64,000 nucleotides of DNA from positions 1,364,001 through 1,428,000 of the forward strand of contig AP026126.1 in NCBI GenBank assembly GCA_030295235.1, read 5' to 3'. Both the position numbers and the translations under genes were made by a program. Shown here in pieces: positions 11,299 to 24,301 of this stretch (its first letter is position 1; each line of letters opens with the position of its first letter). This stretch comes from Fistulifera solaris (taxonomy: Eukaryota). The notes below the pieces were generated by a model. It did no database searches, was not told where the DNA came from, and saw nothing but the letters and a program-made list of their open reading frames with translations.

Positions 11299-12698
11299 AT
11301 GTTCAAGAGAGAAAACTTGGCTGCTGTTGTCACCTTGTTGGTTGGTCAGGCAATCGCCGTCGATGCTGGATACAACATTATCCCCAGAGATACGCATCAG
11401 CGCCATCTGCAACCCCCGGCTGCATCTCCACAGCCAATTAGTTTTGATGGAGACTTGGACAGAATCATTTCCCTTGCGCTGGAACGTGCTGAGGGCTTCA
11501 ACCCCGATGAAGCGTCGTCGCCGACAGTAACTCCCGCGCCTACGATCACTCCCTCACCTACGGTTAGCCCGGTGCATTCCCCCCAATGTCTGTGAAGGAG
11601 CTGATTTGAGTCGGTTAGAGCTGTTCAAGTGGAAGTATACGATCGAGACCGTCGCGCAGGCAGACGTGAATGCCGTGATAGGGCAGGTGGAAGAAATGTT
11701 GCAAGAAAGGCTTGTTCCCTTGGTGCTGTCTTGCAACGCCAAGAATGTCGCAAACGCTTCGATTGTAGCAATTGATTGCACGCTTCCTTTGGATACTATT
11801 TCTTTAGAAGGTGAGTTCTTATTGTGCTATTCAACCTTTTGATCAGTGCTCTTGACTAACATTCCGTAATCCAGCTGTGTGTGCCCCTGAGCTTAACTCC
11901 GACCACAATTGCACTGCAGTTGATGGAACAATGCGTGTCTTCCTCTCAGATCCTGAAACTGCCTCGGAAGCACTTTCTCTCACCGATCAAATGGTTAAGA
12001 AAGTTATCGAAGATCCTGCATTCGTTGATGAAGTAGGCAAAGGGTTGATGAAAATTACTCTAATTGACAACGATGTGCCAGTCGACAGTATATCTCCAGA
12101 CCCAGAAAGAGCTGTCGGCGAGCAAGGGTTTAGTCCGTTCTCGTTTGTCATTGTTGCCGTAGGCAGTGCCGCTCTCATCGCCTTTGTCGGCTCTGTGTAC
12201 TATTGGAGACGAGGGGGCGAAGTGGATGGTGATGCTGCAGGAGCGGCAGGTTCGTCCCTCTACACAGATACTTTTACGTCAGGTGGCAATACTGAATCAC
12301 CTTTCGCCGAGATGGTACCTTCAGCGTATGCATTTAACGGAAACATGAGTGTGTTGACTCCCCCGAATGGTATGAGTCCTGTTTTGGAAGACGACAATTC
12401 TTCTCAAAGTCCTCTCGAAATGGACTCATTCGACATGCCAGCAGCATATTACGACTCAAATTCCGAATCACAAGATACTTTGGGAGCTCGAAAGCGTGCA
12501 GGAGGTACTTTGACTGCGGGACATCACTTATCAGACAGCCTGGATGCAGAAGAGGGAACTCCGACTGAAATCGATGATACGCAGGGTCCTGCCGACAATG
12601 AAGATTTGCTTGGTCTTCAAGACATTGACATCTCCACGGATAACGAAAGCAAGGTCTCGGAGACGATATCTCAACAGCTCTTCAGCGACTTTGTCTAA
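11299..12698 (+). CDS. Type I membrane protein of unknown function
   Basis: Signal peptide MFKRENLAAVVTLLVGQAIA, TP/SP-rich linker, slip at a C-run near 11580, intron 11810-11875, TM segment FVIVAVGSAALIAFVGSVYYW followed by RR and an acidic tail. Confidence 0.7.
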
Positions 12699-12868
12699 TT
12701 ACATGTTACAAAAGTGTTCTGGGCTGGAATCGCGTCGTTTGGATGATTTTTTAGAGATTTATGAGAAGGAGGTCTAGAAATAACAACTAAGGAATATGTT
12801 TAGGATATAAAGTCTCTTAACACAATGCTTCTTGTGCTTGCATCTCCGCGTCAATAATTCAGAAACAT

Positions 12869-15800
12869 TCATTCCAGAGACCGGTCCATTGTTTCGCGTA
12901 AAAACAGCAGAAATAGCTCGTCACTCCCAGATGTTTTCTCTCCCCAATGAGAGCGTTTGCGAATGTAACTTTCAAGAAGCCTATAATTTCTCCTAGAATC
13001 GGTTGTCGCTCCTCCTCGGCACAAAGAAAGAATCAAAGGAAGTGATCCATCCGTGTCCTTTATTGAAAATCCTTCCAACAGACTTAGCGAAACCTTGTCT
13101 GTACTTCCGTTCTGTGCGAGCAAAACTCTATCGAGCGAAACCGAGGTTTGGGACCTGGTGTTCGATAAGAGTGATCCACATGTCGTAATGACTTTGTGAC
13201 AAGATTGGAGACCATCTAATGGAGTCGATCGTTTCTTGACAAAGATAGTGCTACATCCTTGGTAATCTTTAAATCGAAGCTTCAGAGGAAAATACTCTGG
13301 CGATGCGATCTTCATTTGTTGCCGTTTTAGATCAGAATTTCTCAAAAGAGCTGGAACGGTGACGCGATCCGGGTCCGCGCAATCATCGGACAAAATTTCG
13401 AGCTGAATGGCAACGTCTCTACCAGAATCGACATCCACGGCTCGGACCTCTTGTCTCTTGACTGCTAAAGCGTAAAGATGTCGCAGAGGCTGAAGATGAC
13501 ACTGGTTGTCCGAAGTCGTAGATGGGAATCTAGGGAAGAATGATACTAACAGAACTGCGATATCCTCAGGATCACGTCCCAGTGTACTGGTTCCGCCGCC
13601 GAGAAACAGAAGACCTATCGCCATTCCACAAATCATGTGGAATCCATATCGCGCTTCTTCGTCGCAACGCCAACGGAGCATTTTAAAGATCTTCAGACAA
13701 TGGATATCGCCAGTCCCGGTCATTACCATGGCAAGAGAAATCGCAGTGCATCCTAGAGCCGTCTCTAGAATTTGAAGCTCAGGCTTGGAAGCCACGGCAA
13801 CTGGATCTTTTGATTCGCGGAGCGCGTAAAGCTCAAGAACAAAATATTCAATGGCTCTTTGCGCATCTTTGTTTCCAGTTCCGGCAAAACGCAGCCCCAT
13901 GCCAAAGCAAGCACCTGCGATAGCGTGTACATAGATCTGACGAGTAGCTCGTCGATCAAAAGTCATGTCAGATTTGATTGTTGCGAGAGGGGCCTTGCCT
14001 TCTGTTGCACGCTTGGCCATTGTGCGCATAAGCGCGCAGGCTTTGTTTACAACGGAAGGAACCTGGTTCTCAATCCATTCGATAGATGCTACGACATCGT
14101 CCCAAAGAATCAACGATCTAGCAATGATTCTGTATGTTAGAAGATCGGGTCGGACAAATTCCAAGAGAAAATGTGTATCAGGAAGCGCAAGCGCAGATGC
14201 CAACGTGTGATTCCCAGATTTCATGTGCATTAAGCCCAATGCGAGAGTTGCACCAGGAGCAGTTACTTCTGTGTTAATTAGATCCCCTTCATGAATCGTC
14301 GAGCATTTCTCGTTGTCGCCACCAGGAACGGTACTAGGTAAACTAAAGCGGTCGTTGGCTTCTCTCGTTCGTTCTCGTTCCTCCTTGTCGACACCACCCA
14401 CCACGTATTTATGAAGTCTTTCTTCCAGGTGAAGATCCGCCAGACCTGCTGCGCGATCAATTCCATCACTTTGGTCAGAAAGACATAAGTTGACCATTCC
14501 CAGAGCTATGCCGCAAACCAGATTGTACGATTCCCTATCGAAGGCACTAGCATCACTGTCGGGGCGCTTTCCTATTTCATTCAAGAGGAACTCCGTCATC
14601 ATACGATGTGAAGAGCCCTGAAAAAGTAAGCCCGTTCCAAGAATGGCTGCTGCTTGAACGGTACTAGCCACATCTACAGCACTGAAATGTTGGGGAATTA
14701 ATGACGGTATGTGGAGGCACAGCATCTTGGAGACAGCAATGTCGCAAGAGCCCCGCTTATCGGCAGCTAGGCCCAACAATATACCTACTGTGGTAGTAAC
14801 GGTGCCTTGGGTCAAGTATTCATATAGATCGGACATCTCCAGGGCGGTAAGGTGCCCCCGCAACCCTAAAGCCAGGAGAACACCTGCATGAGAATGATTT
14901 TTAAAAAGGACCTCACTGTTTGGCTCTGCTCCTTCGGTAGTCTGTTCTTGATGAGGTGGTGGCTTGTTGTAAATTATCCACGTTCGAGAAATATGAAAAC
15001 CCGACGTATCCTTTTGCTCGGTAGTCTTAAGCCGGCAGCAACTCCATTGTGAAATTCGGGCCAAACTCTCAAATCAGAAGGACTATCCGTCAAATCTAGG
15101 GTAATACCTGCGTTTGTGGGAGGCACGCGTCCACGAAGACAAAGCTCGGGTACAGGCAAGGGCTCAGCTGGAATTGGTTCAAGATTTCCGATAGTCAACA
15201 TACCACGACCAACGGAGAGTGCGAGACTCCGAAGAATTAAAGAATGAAGTCTCTTTTGTTTGAGCCGCTCAAAATCGTGGTCATTGAGTTCAACTGCCCT
15301 CGCCACTTTCAAAAACACTGGACGTGATGAGCGCAGGAGTCGAGTGGCTTCGTGAATTCTATTATCTTCACGAAAAAGTAATGCCGAGCTTAACTCAAGT
15401 GGTACTAGACCGTCCATGTCGGTATCAGCAAACGTCTTCACGTCGACTTCCTCAATCATCTTTTCTGATAACCCTCCTTTCCATCTTTCGAATAGATCTG
15501 TTTGGTGTATCGTATTTTCTTGCTGGGCAAGATTCATGCTAATATCCTCTCTTCCAACTAACTTCCAACTTTCTGGGGTCCATGATTGCATCATATCACT
15601 TGAAATATAATTGAAATCTCGAAATTTCCTGAGGACTTCGATCATGGGCAAAACAAAACCGGGTGGAAAACTTTCATTCAATTCGAGAACGCTTGCGTAG
15701 CCTTCAGTCAGAATGCGACTAACTACATCCTGGCAGTTCCGTTTACCATTCAAAGGAAAGAGTACTTCCGCTATTCTAACGAGCGAATTCGTTTTTCCGA

Positions 15801-17958
15801 AATGTGAACTTAGTAAATAGCTTGGAAAGCCAAAAGGTTCTCCATCCTGCAGATCTCCGCTCATTCTTTTCTCAAACCAACCAAAGATTGAGGGAATTTG
15901 GTCGGTATGAACTAACGAAGAGAGCACCGCGCGGCCACTAGTGGATGCCTTTGTCCCAGTGCTTGGTTTATCGTTATCTTTTGAGTTGAAATCAGCATAG
16001 TAGAATCTCCGAAACTTCAGAACATTGAAATTATCTGTGTCCGGAAAAGCTTGACATAATTTCACAAGAAGGCCGTTCACACTTGCAGCATCCATCCCCT
16101 GTGATTTCGTCAGTTTCATATCTTCATATAGTAAGTGGAGATGATCGAACACGCAGGGAAAAAGACCACCTAACCTTTCCGACTTCAAAAAATTAATGGA
16201 TAAATGTGCCGTTTCATTTAAAAAATCCTGTAGTCCACGCTTTGCTATGAAGCTTGTGTTCTTGCTGAACGGCGTTTCATAGCCAGATTGTTCAAACTTT
16301 CGATGGCAATCGGAAGCGAGCAGAAGTTCCCACGAAGACAAATCACCTCCTGTACTATCCTCCGACGCAACGGAATCATACCATTCGAATTTTGCGAGCG
16401 CAACAAGAACATGTTCTAGTGCTGTGAACGTCGAAGCGATTTGGTTGGCGAGCCTGTAGCAGTCGGCACGAATTTTCAGTGCTAGGATTCGGTAGTGGTG
16501 TTCCTTTCCCTCGTTTTTCGAGGCCAACCAATCAAAAGCCGCATCTAAAGTCTTCAAGACACGATCAGTCAGTAGATCAGTATCTATGTTAAGTGAGAGC
16601 TTGGCACGAATTCGCCGATCAGAAATTTGTAGAGTGACACGATCACGGAAAGGGTCTTGCATACTCAGAACCGGATCCAAAACGGAGCAATCACTCACGA
16701 GGTGCCATGCACGAAAGCATGACAATGTCCCATCTACTTTGTGTACAAGCAATTCGGTACTCCCTCGTATCGTTTGCAAGGGAGTGCTCCAAGACATGCA
16801 ATGCTTGGGTAGGATATTACTTTGACGGCATTGCTGGCATCCCTTTCGAGAGACCAAAACTGTAAACTTTTCGCAGAACTATTTGGAGAAACACAGCAAA
16901 GCACACTGTTTGATGTTGCGGATGTATTCGAAACGAGAAATGACGACTCCACTTCGAGTTGGACCGGAGAAGCATACAAAAGCTCCAATGCTATTCGCGC
17001 GTGTAGGGGTGCGAAAGGAGTGTCACTATTAGAGGATCCTCTCGGACGTGGTGACAAATATGCCGTATCTGCTTTTCGTGGAGACCTTCTGAGCCCCAAG
17101 GCATCGGCCAATGCTTCTTGGCGAGAAGCAAACGGAGTGAGTTGCGAGGAGCCCAACAGGTCCATGTCGAACACCATCAAATCGTCGTGCGCCGGAAATC
17201 GCGTCTGTTCATACACAGCGGGTTCTCGTGGCGGTGGAGGTGCATCACGTACTGCCCACAAGCGGTGGCGTTTTTGCAGGGTGTGGTAGGATAGGACTAA
17301 TAGCAACGGTTCCTCCCCGTGTACGGTCCCCATCCATGTCCATTTCTCGTGTACATCCGTCACAGGAGGACAATCCATACCAGTTTTTGTCATGAGACAC
17401 ACCGGTAACAAGTCTTGCAGCGGATGAGTTAGAGAAAATAGGGAAGGAACTGCCGAAATGACACGCCGCGTTGCCGTGGGTGGTGACTTTAATATGAAGC
17501 CGTCTACAGCTGTCTCTTCATCCTCCGTGTACTCGAGCCGCTGCAGTAATATTCCGCGTCCTTGAATCGCCAAAATGTTCAAGCACTCAAACGGCAGTGA
17601 TATCGTCCATCCTTCTGCGGGTAAACTCAACGAAGCTTCCGACTGTTGCGGGTAAACATCCCAAATGCATACTTGTGTTGTGTGTAGCAAGGCACAAAGC
17701 ACGGAATGGTGAGGAGCATCTCGAAAGTCGTCCACACCACGTCAAGGATATCGGTGTGGACAGCAAACGAAGCATGTAAAATTCTCGGTGAAGAGTCGGG
17801 ACCACTGTAGACGCAAATTTTCCCATTGTTCCAGGTCGTTTCGAGCGAGGCGTCGGGAAAGAGGGGTGCGCGGTGACGACACGTTGCGACGGCGGACAGG
17901 TGGACGCGTCCTTCAGTTCAAGCAGTGTCTGCATAGAAATTGCAGCAGGGTCTGTCAT
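12869..17958 (-). CDS. APC1: Anaphase-promoting complex subunit 1 (split by apparent frameshifts)
   Basis: LFREDNRIHEATRLLRSSRP, WPEFHNGVAAGLR, HAGVLLALGLRGHL, HRMMTEFLLNEIG, TAPGATLALGLM and DNQCHLQPLRHLYALA (PC repeats) are spread over four consecutive overlapping ORFs. Confidence 0.92.
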
Positions 17959-18319
17959 TGTTGTTGCGTTGCATTAATTAATTCACAATTCAATATCCTT
18001 TTTCTATAAGTAATTATACAATACGGAGTAAACAACGGCGCCTCTTTTCTGGTCATTTAATTATTTTTTTGAGATCGGTGGCTCCGTCGTCCGTGCGGCA
18101 CATTATTATTTTACATGGTATAACGTATAACCTCAAGCCTTACTTGATTTCAATACCGTCTGTCCGTCTAGGCCTCACATTAATTCTCGTCCCCCATTCT
18201 TATTTCCTTGTCATCTTCCCATCACCTTCTTCCCATCATCATCATCATTATTGCTTGCCAGTTCATTCAGCAAATCGCCGTTTCTCTGTATTTCTTGACA
18301 GTTCCTTGCAAGAAGAAAG

Positions 18320-19796
18320 ATGTTGCGAAGGTGTCTCCCATCTCCCAGAATAACAACGAGGCGCGTTCGACTCCTGTCGACTACGGCGTCCGATCGTCTC
18401 GTGGGTTACTCACCGATGGCGCAGGGAGGACCGGTAAACACCAACAGCACGTATATTCCTACAGAGAAAGATGTCACAACTGCGGGAGGCGTTTGGGCAC
18501 CGACTTCTGCCAAACGGGATGCTTTAGCTGAGTTCAAAACGGCCGCGGCGGGGAAATCACTTGACGAACAAGCGACGAAAGAAGAAAAGTTGGATTTGTA
18601 TCTTGTCGATGGAATGGTTCTTATTGGAAAATGTACCGATGGTTCTTTATTAAATTTATCAGACCCAGCTGACAAAATGAATGCAGTCGAGACGTGGTGG
18701 ATGAAAGAAAAGGTTACTGAAGATACCCTATTGTATCAAGTGCAATGGAAAGAACGACTCACAGATTTGAGCAAGAAGATGGATGCACTTTTGGCTTCAA
18801 TGCCGGCCGATCGATGCCTTCGGGATATTCGCGACTATATGGATGCGCAAGATACGTTAACTGACGAAGACAAGAAACAAGAGACGCCACTTGGCGAGCG
18901 GGCATTTCCCCTAATGACTGGTTTGGACGGAGAGGAGCTAACACAACAGAAGGTAACGGAGGAGAATCTGGAACAAGCAATTTCGCGATTTCGTCTAATC
19001 ATGGCACAAGAGGCGGCCAAAATGTTGATCGAGCGATGGGATCATTTGACAACGCCGTCGGATCATGATGTCGACCGGGCGGCTGTCCAGGGGATCGATT
19101 TGACCAAGCAAGACAAAGTACTTTCGCACCTACAGATGCAATTGGTTCTAGAATCATTTATTCAAGGTGACTGCGCCAGTAGAGTAGAGTCGCTTTGGGG
19201 AATGTTCAATAAAGAAGGGGATGGTTTACTCGATGAGGATAAAATGAACATGGTGTGCGAATTGGCTATAGAACCAGTGGGAAAAGCTCTCGAGCGATTG
19301 CACGACGAGTCGCTGGCTGCATCTCCTGCTCGAAAGGTACTAGAAGAGTTCTCTGCAACTCCGCCTTCTATGGGATGGAGAGAAGGTCGCAAAGACACTG
19401 CAATTAAGAAGAATTTGAAAAGATGTTTCGAACAACATGTAAATATCACTTTCGCGATGAAGTAGAAGTGAATCATAGATTACGGTGCATTTATGCATGG
19501 GCGAATAAAAACATCAAGACAACAAGATAGAGTCCGTTCATGTGGAAGAACAAGGGCTTACAGGACGAAAACGATATGTTGAGTTAAAGCCAAAAATAAG
19601 TTTGGAAGAATTTCGGGAAGTGCAACGTATTCATTTTACACACCTGGACCGCGTAGCTCAAGAGTTTTTGAAGAGTTATCGGGAGGATATTCTCATTAAA
19701 CAGGGTAAAGGAAGGCGGCGCTCTGAATTTTATCGTGAATCGGCACTCTTTCTGACTGTTGTTGCTATTGCTGACTTCATCATAACGTCCTTATAA
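18320..19796 (+). CDS. Hypothetical protein with a mitochondrial-type presequence, a degenerate EF-hand-like segment and a C-terminal TM anchor
   Basis: Arg-rich N-terminus MLRRCLPSPRITTRRVRLLS. LWGMFNKEGDGLLDEDKM is EF-hand-like, and the end ALFLTVVAIADFIITSL is hydrophobic. Frameshift(s) at 19420-19540. Confidence 0.6.
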
Positions 19797-19906
19797 TGAA
19801 TAATTATTCTAAACATCTAAAAATCTGGGAAACTCAGCTTTTACTTTGACTTAATGATGCGAATAGTCTACCAGAAATCCTTTCATTGTACTCTCTGCAA
19901 TTGTCT

Positions 19907-22354
19907 TTATATTCGCGGACGCTTGCTTTGCGACCGATCAAAATGGAACCGACCATAATGGTCTTGCGTCATGATCGGTTCAAACGCGTTTTGCTCAAAT
20001 GACGGAGACGGATTTTCGACGTCCTTCCAGCTCGTCGGCACTCCCAATGCTGTTTGGCTCAAAAGAGCACTGGCCTTCTTTTTCATTTCCTCATCCATGT
20101 AATTGAGCATGTTGTAGCGATGTAGGGTACGATATTGATGGCAAATGAAATCAGAATCAGGATCATCACAAAAGTCAATGGTCATTGGATCGCAGTATGA
20201 TCCATCATGGTCGTTTCCATCGAATCCACCGCACGCAAATGCAGTGCATTCCATTACTTCCAAAACAGCCACAGCGTCTTCGAGTAGTACTACAGAACGA
20301 AACATGAGTCGTGCGTGGGCTTGCGATAACCTGATCAGCGATTCGAGGAATCGAACAGTTACAGGGATCGTTGTATTTCCATTACATGATCGGCACTTCT
20401 CGTAGTGCCGCTCGAGCAGCAGCGCCGCCTCATCGCTGATTGAAGGCTGATAGCGATCCTTGACGATCGAAATGTAAGCACGAAGCTTTTCCATGTTCCA
20501 AGGTGTGTTACTAGATGAGTTTTCCTCTCCTTCAGGGGCGTTCATCTCAAAATTACCACTTTGGATGGATTGATTCAGCAAGTAAGTTGTCACATTGTAG
20601 TCTCGATCGGCATCGGAGCTATCGATAAGTTTGAATATTAAATCGAACCGAGACAACAAGGGCGTTCCCAGACCAGTGTTGACGGAAAGACTAACGTGAT
20701 CATCGTACAGGCAATCACGCGGATTCATGACAGCGATGATGGTTGCACGGCAGTTTAATTTGCATACGATGCCAGCCTTTGCTACAGAAAGCGTCTGTTG
20801 CTCCATAGCCTCATGAATCGTAGTTCTGTCTTGATCACGAATGCAACCGAACTCATCGATACAACAAACTCCTTTGTCGGCCAGCACGAGCGCTCCGGCT
20901 TCTAGTGAATACTCTTTCCCGTCACCATCGCGTACTGCTGCACAAGTAAGACCAGCTGACGTAGTCCCCACGCCAGTCGTCAAAACTGAACGGGGAGACA
21001 AAGCAGCTGCAAAACGTAAAAATTGTGACTTACCCGTCCCAGGATCTCCCACGAGTAGCAAATGAGACTGGTGACGACGACGAGTTTGTACTTGCTGGGG
21101 AGTACGGGGCTGTCTTGCTTTTCTTTGACCGTCATAATAATTCGTGACCGGTTTTTCCCTCGTTTGATTTGTCATGACCTGGAAAGGTATAGGACCTTCC
21201 TCATCTTCACCAGTATGACGTTGTGTTGAGTTTTCTTCCGTAGCATCGCTCGATGCACCACCAATAATGGTCAGCAGCAAACCTAACTTGATCATTTTCA
21301 TTCCGTACAATTTGGGACAAACGGCTCGACAGATAAAATCGCGCGCCTTGATACCGTGATTGTTTCGCCAGTAGGTCTCAAATTCTCCCCTAAAGTGGTC
21401 GGTACTCTGCAGAGCCGATGTCTCAGCTATTACTCGAACCGAGTGAGCGGATAATGCCAAACCCACGGAACATTCTTCGTCGGGAAATACTGATTGCCAC
21501 TGCGCGAGTAGACTGCCAACAATCACCACTTCATCACCTGGCTGACATGTATCCACCAGATCATGATGCAGCTTGACTAATAATGATCTTGGTAGCTTTT
21601 CATCGGATGCTGATTCTTGCAATTTGATTTCTTGGTAATCGGTGTGAACGGAACCTTCGGGGACAATTTGAAACTTGCATTTTCCTTTGCACTGATGAGG
21701 ACAACTCGTAGGCGTGGGCAAAGCATTGTGTCGTTCTTCAAGATCCGCGTGAACAATAAATGGACGCTTGCAGTTGGAACACGTGTACGCTCGAGCGGAC
21801 TCGTACATTTGAACGGGTCGAGTGCGAACCACCGTCCCCGACACTTGAAGAATCTTGCCCACGCTCGCTGCCGACCAAGTGGTTTGACAGCAAGATGGCG
21901 GTAAGTGCACGAGTCGCGCATGCACGCGGGTGACGCTGGGTCCTTGTTTTAGGCCTTTAATGGAGAGTGCTTCCATGTCAACACTGTCTTGAGGGTATTC
22001 TTGTAGGAGGGCTTTCTGTCCCCGAACGATCGCGTTTTCGAGTAACGGTAACAAGGTAGCAGGAAAACGGAGAAGCATTTGCCCTAATATCGGATCGTTG
22101 TCGAGTAGATCGAATGCATCGATTGTGACAGAGTAATCTCGGGTCGTTGTACTATTCTCTGCCAAAAGGTTCCGCATCGATTGCACACAAGACGGGTCTC
22201 CCATTAAATGCCGGTAAAATCGCTCTTCTACCACCGCAGGACTTCCCAGATCTTTGTAGGAAGCCTGTACTAATTTCTCGGCACTCCATACTTGTTGCGT
22301 TGTATCGTCTTGGACGAAAGAATCTTTTTCGTCGTCATAGTCGTCGCTGTCCAT
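19907..22354 (-). CDS. MCM9: DNA helicase MCM9
   Basis: HLLLVGDPGTGKSQFL, VLTTGVGTTSAGLT, LEAGALVLADKGVCCIDEF, LLSRFD, TVRFLESLIRLSQAHARL and a zinc finger. The motif variants fit MCM9 best. Confidence 0.88.
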   Translation of the reverse strand: MDSDDYDDEKDSFVQDDTTQQVWSAEKLVQASYKDLGSPAVVEERFYRHLMGDPSCVQSMRNLLAENSTTTRDYSVTIDAFDLLDNDPILGQMLLRFPATLLPLLENAIVRGQKALLQEYPQDSVDMEALSIKGLKQGPSVTRVHARLVHLPPSCCQTTWSAASVGKILQVSGTVVRTRPVQMYESARAYTCSNCKRPFIVHADLEERHNALPTPTSCPHQCKGKCKFQIVPEGSVHTDYQEIKLQESASDEKLPRSLLVKLHHDLVDTCQPGDEVVIVGSLLAQWQSVFPDEECSVGLALSAHSVRVIAETSALQSTDHFRGEFETYWRNNHGIKARDFICRAVCPKLYGMKMIKLGLLLTIIGGASSDATEENSTQRHTGEDEEGPIPFQVMTNQTREKPVTNYYDGQRKARQPRTPQQVQTRRRHQSHLLLVGDPGTGKSQFLRFAAALSPRSVLTTGVGTTSAGLTCAAVRDGDGKEYSLEAGALVLADKGVCCIDEFGCIRDQDRTTIHEAMEQQTLSVAKAGIVCKLNCRATIIAVMNPRDCLYDDHVSLSVNTGLGTPLLSRFDLIFKLIDSSDADRDYNVTTYLLNQSIQSGNFEMNAPEGEENSSSNTPWNMEKLRAYISIVKDRYQPSISDEAALLLERHYEKCRSCNGNTTIPVTVRFLESLIRLSQAHARLMFRSVVLLEDAVAVLEVMECTAFACGGFDGNDHDGSYCDPMTIDFCDDPDSDFICHQYRTLHRYNMLNYMDEEMKKKASALLSQTALGVPTSWKDVENPSPSFEQNAFEPIMTQDHYGRFHFDRSQSKRPRI

Positions 22355-22698
22355 GGTCGATGGAGAAAACTAAATTACGGTACCGGTACAGTACCAGGTA
22401 AAGGACAACAAGCGCTTTTCGAAATTCATCAATGAAAAATTGCTGGTACAATAAGGTACCGGGTACCGGTACCGTAACTCACACCTCCCTCCACAGAAAC
22501 TAACACTCGCGATTCAGATTTGCAGTCACGGGTCAAGCATAACCTGGAACCTGGAACTATAAAACGCGATGATCCAATGCCGTATCGGTACTGGCAGTTG
22601 GCAGACGACGGTGAAGGATCCAACAAAAACCACAAGATCTTTTCTCTTCTTTCTTCTCCTTTTCACCATAAACGGCTCTCCCTGCAACGAATCTCGCC

Positions 22699-24219
22699 AT
22701 GAATACACAAGCCACTAAATTCTACCGCAACTTCTTTTCCGATCTATCTATCGATCGATCCGAAGCCGGCGAGCTAACGGCGTTTCTGAACAAACTGCAA
22801 CCGCCGCCAGGGAAACTCGTTTGGTTGCGCTCACAGGCCTTCCGCGTTGGTAATGAGTTCTTGACGGACGACAAAGAGAAGAATAAGTCATTGTTGCGAG
22901 CAATTAACTATATCGTGCATGCCATCGAAACAAACTGTTTGCAGTAAGTAACGGATGCTTCCGCTTCTATTGTGTCTTTACTCTCCCTCATCGCTCATAC
23001 TGCTCAGACCCAAGAACGTGGATCGCGTCGATGTAGAAACGGATACACTCAAAGAGTTTTATGCGAATCTTTATCAAGACTTGACTGTGAATGCGGCGGA
23101 GAATCAAGATATTCTCCGTTTTTTCCAGAAACATCCTCCCAGTGATTTGATCACTGCTCGAGCTACGGCATTTCAAGTGGCTTGTGATTTTCTCAGTGAG
23201 GACAGAACCACGAATGTCGCTTTGTTGGGCTGTATCAATGCGGCTGTTAACAGTCTGGAGTCAGCTTTGTATGAGCCACGCGATTATCATTTGAAGGCGC
23301 CGCAAGAAGACTTGTCCGGTTTTTCGTTGGAACAAGCTGTTCAGAAACTTTGGGAGCTCGACGCGAACCGATTGGAATCCGGCGATGATTACGTTATCAA
23401 TGTTCAGGGTGGCAGAAGCCCTACTGGAAAGAAGACTCGGCAACCGATCCTTTGTTCCAGTCAGTAGATAGCGAAGTTTGGCAACGACCCACTTACAAAG
23501 CCTTTCACACGCTGTTGGATAATTATTCCAGCGAAATTGGTGCCTCGGAAAGCGTTTCGGGAGCTGAAAGTCGTGAAGTTCTCGCATTCTTGGACGCTAT
23601 TTGCCAGACTGCGCCCATGCAGTTCTGTCATTATTATTGCCGGGCAAAACATCCGGACCGTACTCCAGAAGATTTGGCTGAGTTTAAGACCCTTCTCAAC
23701 AAGATCTGGTTTGAGTTGTATCGTCGTGGCGATACCAATGAGAAGGACAGTTCCGGATTTGAGCATGTTTTCCTGGGTGAAGTTCGCGACGGTGAAGTCA
23801 CTGGGTTTCACAACTGGATTCAGTTTTACCTCGAGGAAAAGAAAGGCGAGCTAGACTACCGCGGTTACCTTAAGCCCAAGGCGAAGAATGATGCCGAATC
23901 CAACGGCAATGATCACTTGTTGACCTTACAGTTTCATTGGAAGGGTGTCGAGAAATTCGCCGGCACTTTCTTTGTCGGCGTTAGTCCCGAATTCGAAATG
24001 GCCTTGTATACAATGTGCTTCTTGATAGGCGAAGAAGAGAATAACGTCGAGCTCGATACCGGTGTCGACGTGTTTGGCCTGTGGTAAGATCCTGTATGCT
24101 TTTGTTGTGTTGCTTATTTCGTGAACCTCTAATAGATGTATAGTATCAAATGCTACCGGATGGCTCAAGATAAAATCGGTACAGCTTTTCCGGAAGTAAC
24201 CTCTCAATCGGAAGAGTAG
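22699..24219 (+). CDS. ENDOU: Poly(U)-specific endoribonuclease (EndoU/XendoU family) with a duplicated N-terminal domain
   Basis: LWELDANRL, RPTYKAFHTLLDNY, SSGFEHVFLGE, GFHNWIQFYLEEKKG, GVSPEFEMALYT and KIGTAFP. Introns about 22944-23007 and 24084-24143; slip near 23412. Confidence 0.88.
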
Positions 24220-24301
24220 AACTTCGTTTTCATGAAATGTGAAAGACGATCTTTTGGGATACAACTGAAAATACATATGATAAAGATACTTTCTTAAAAC
24301 T

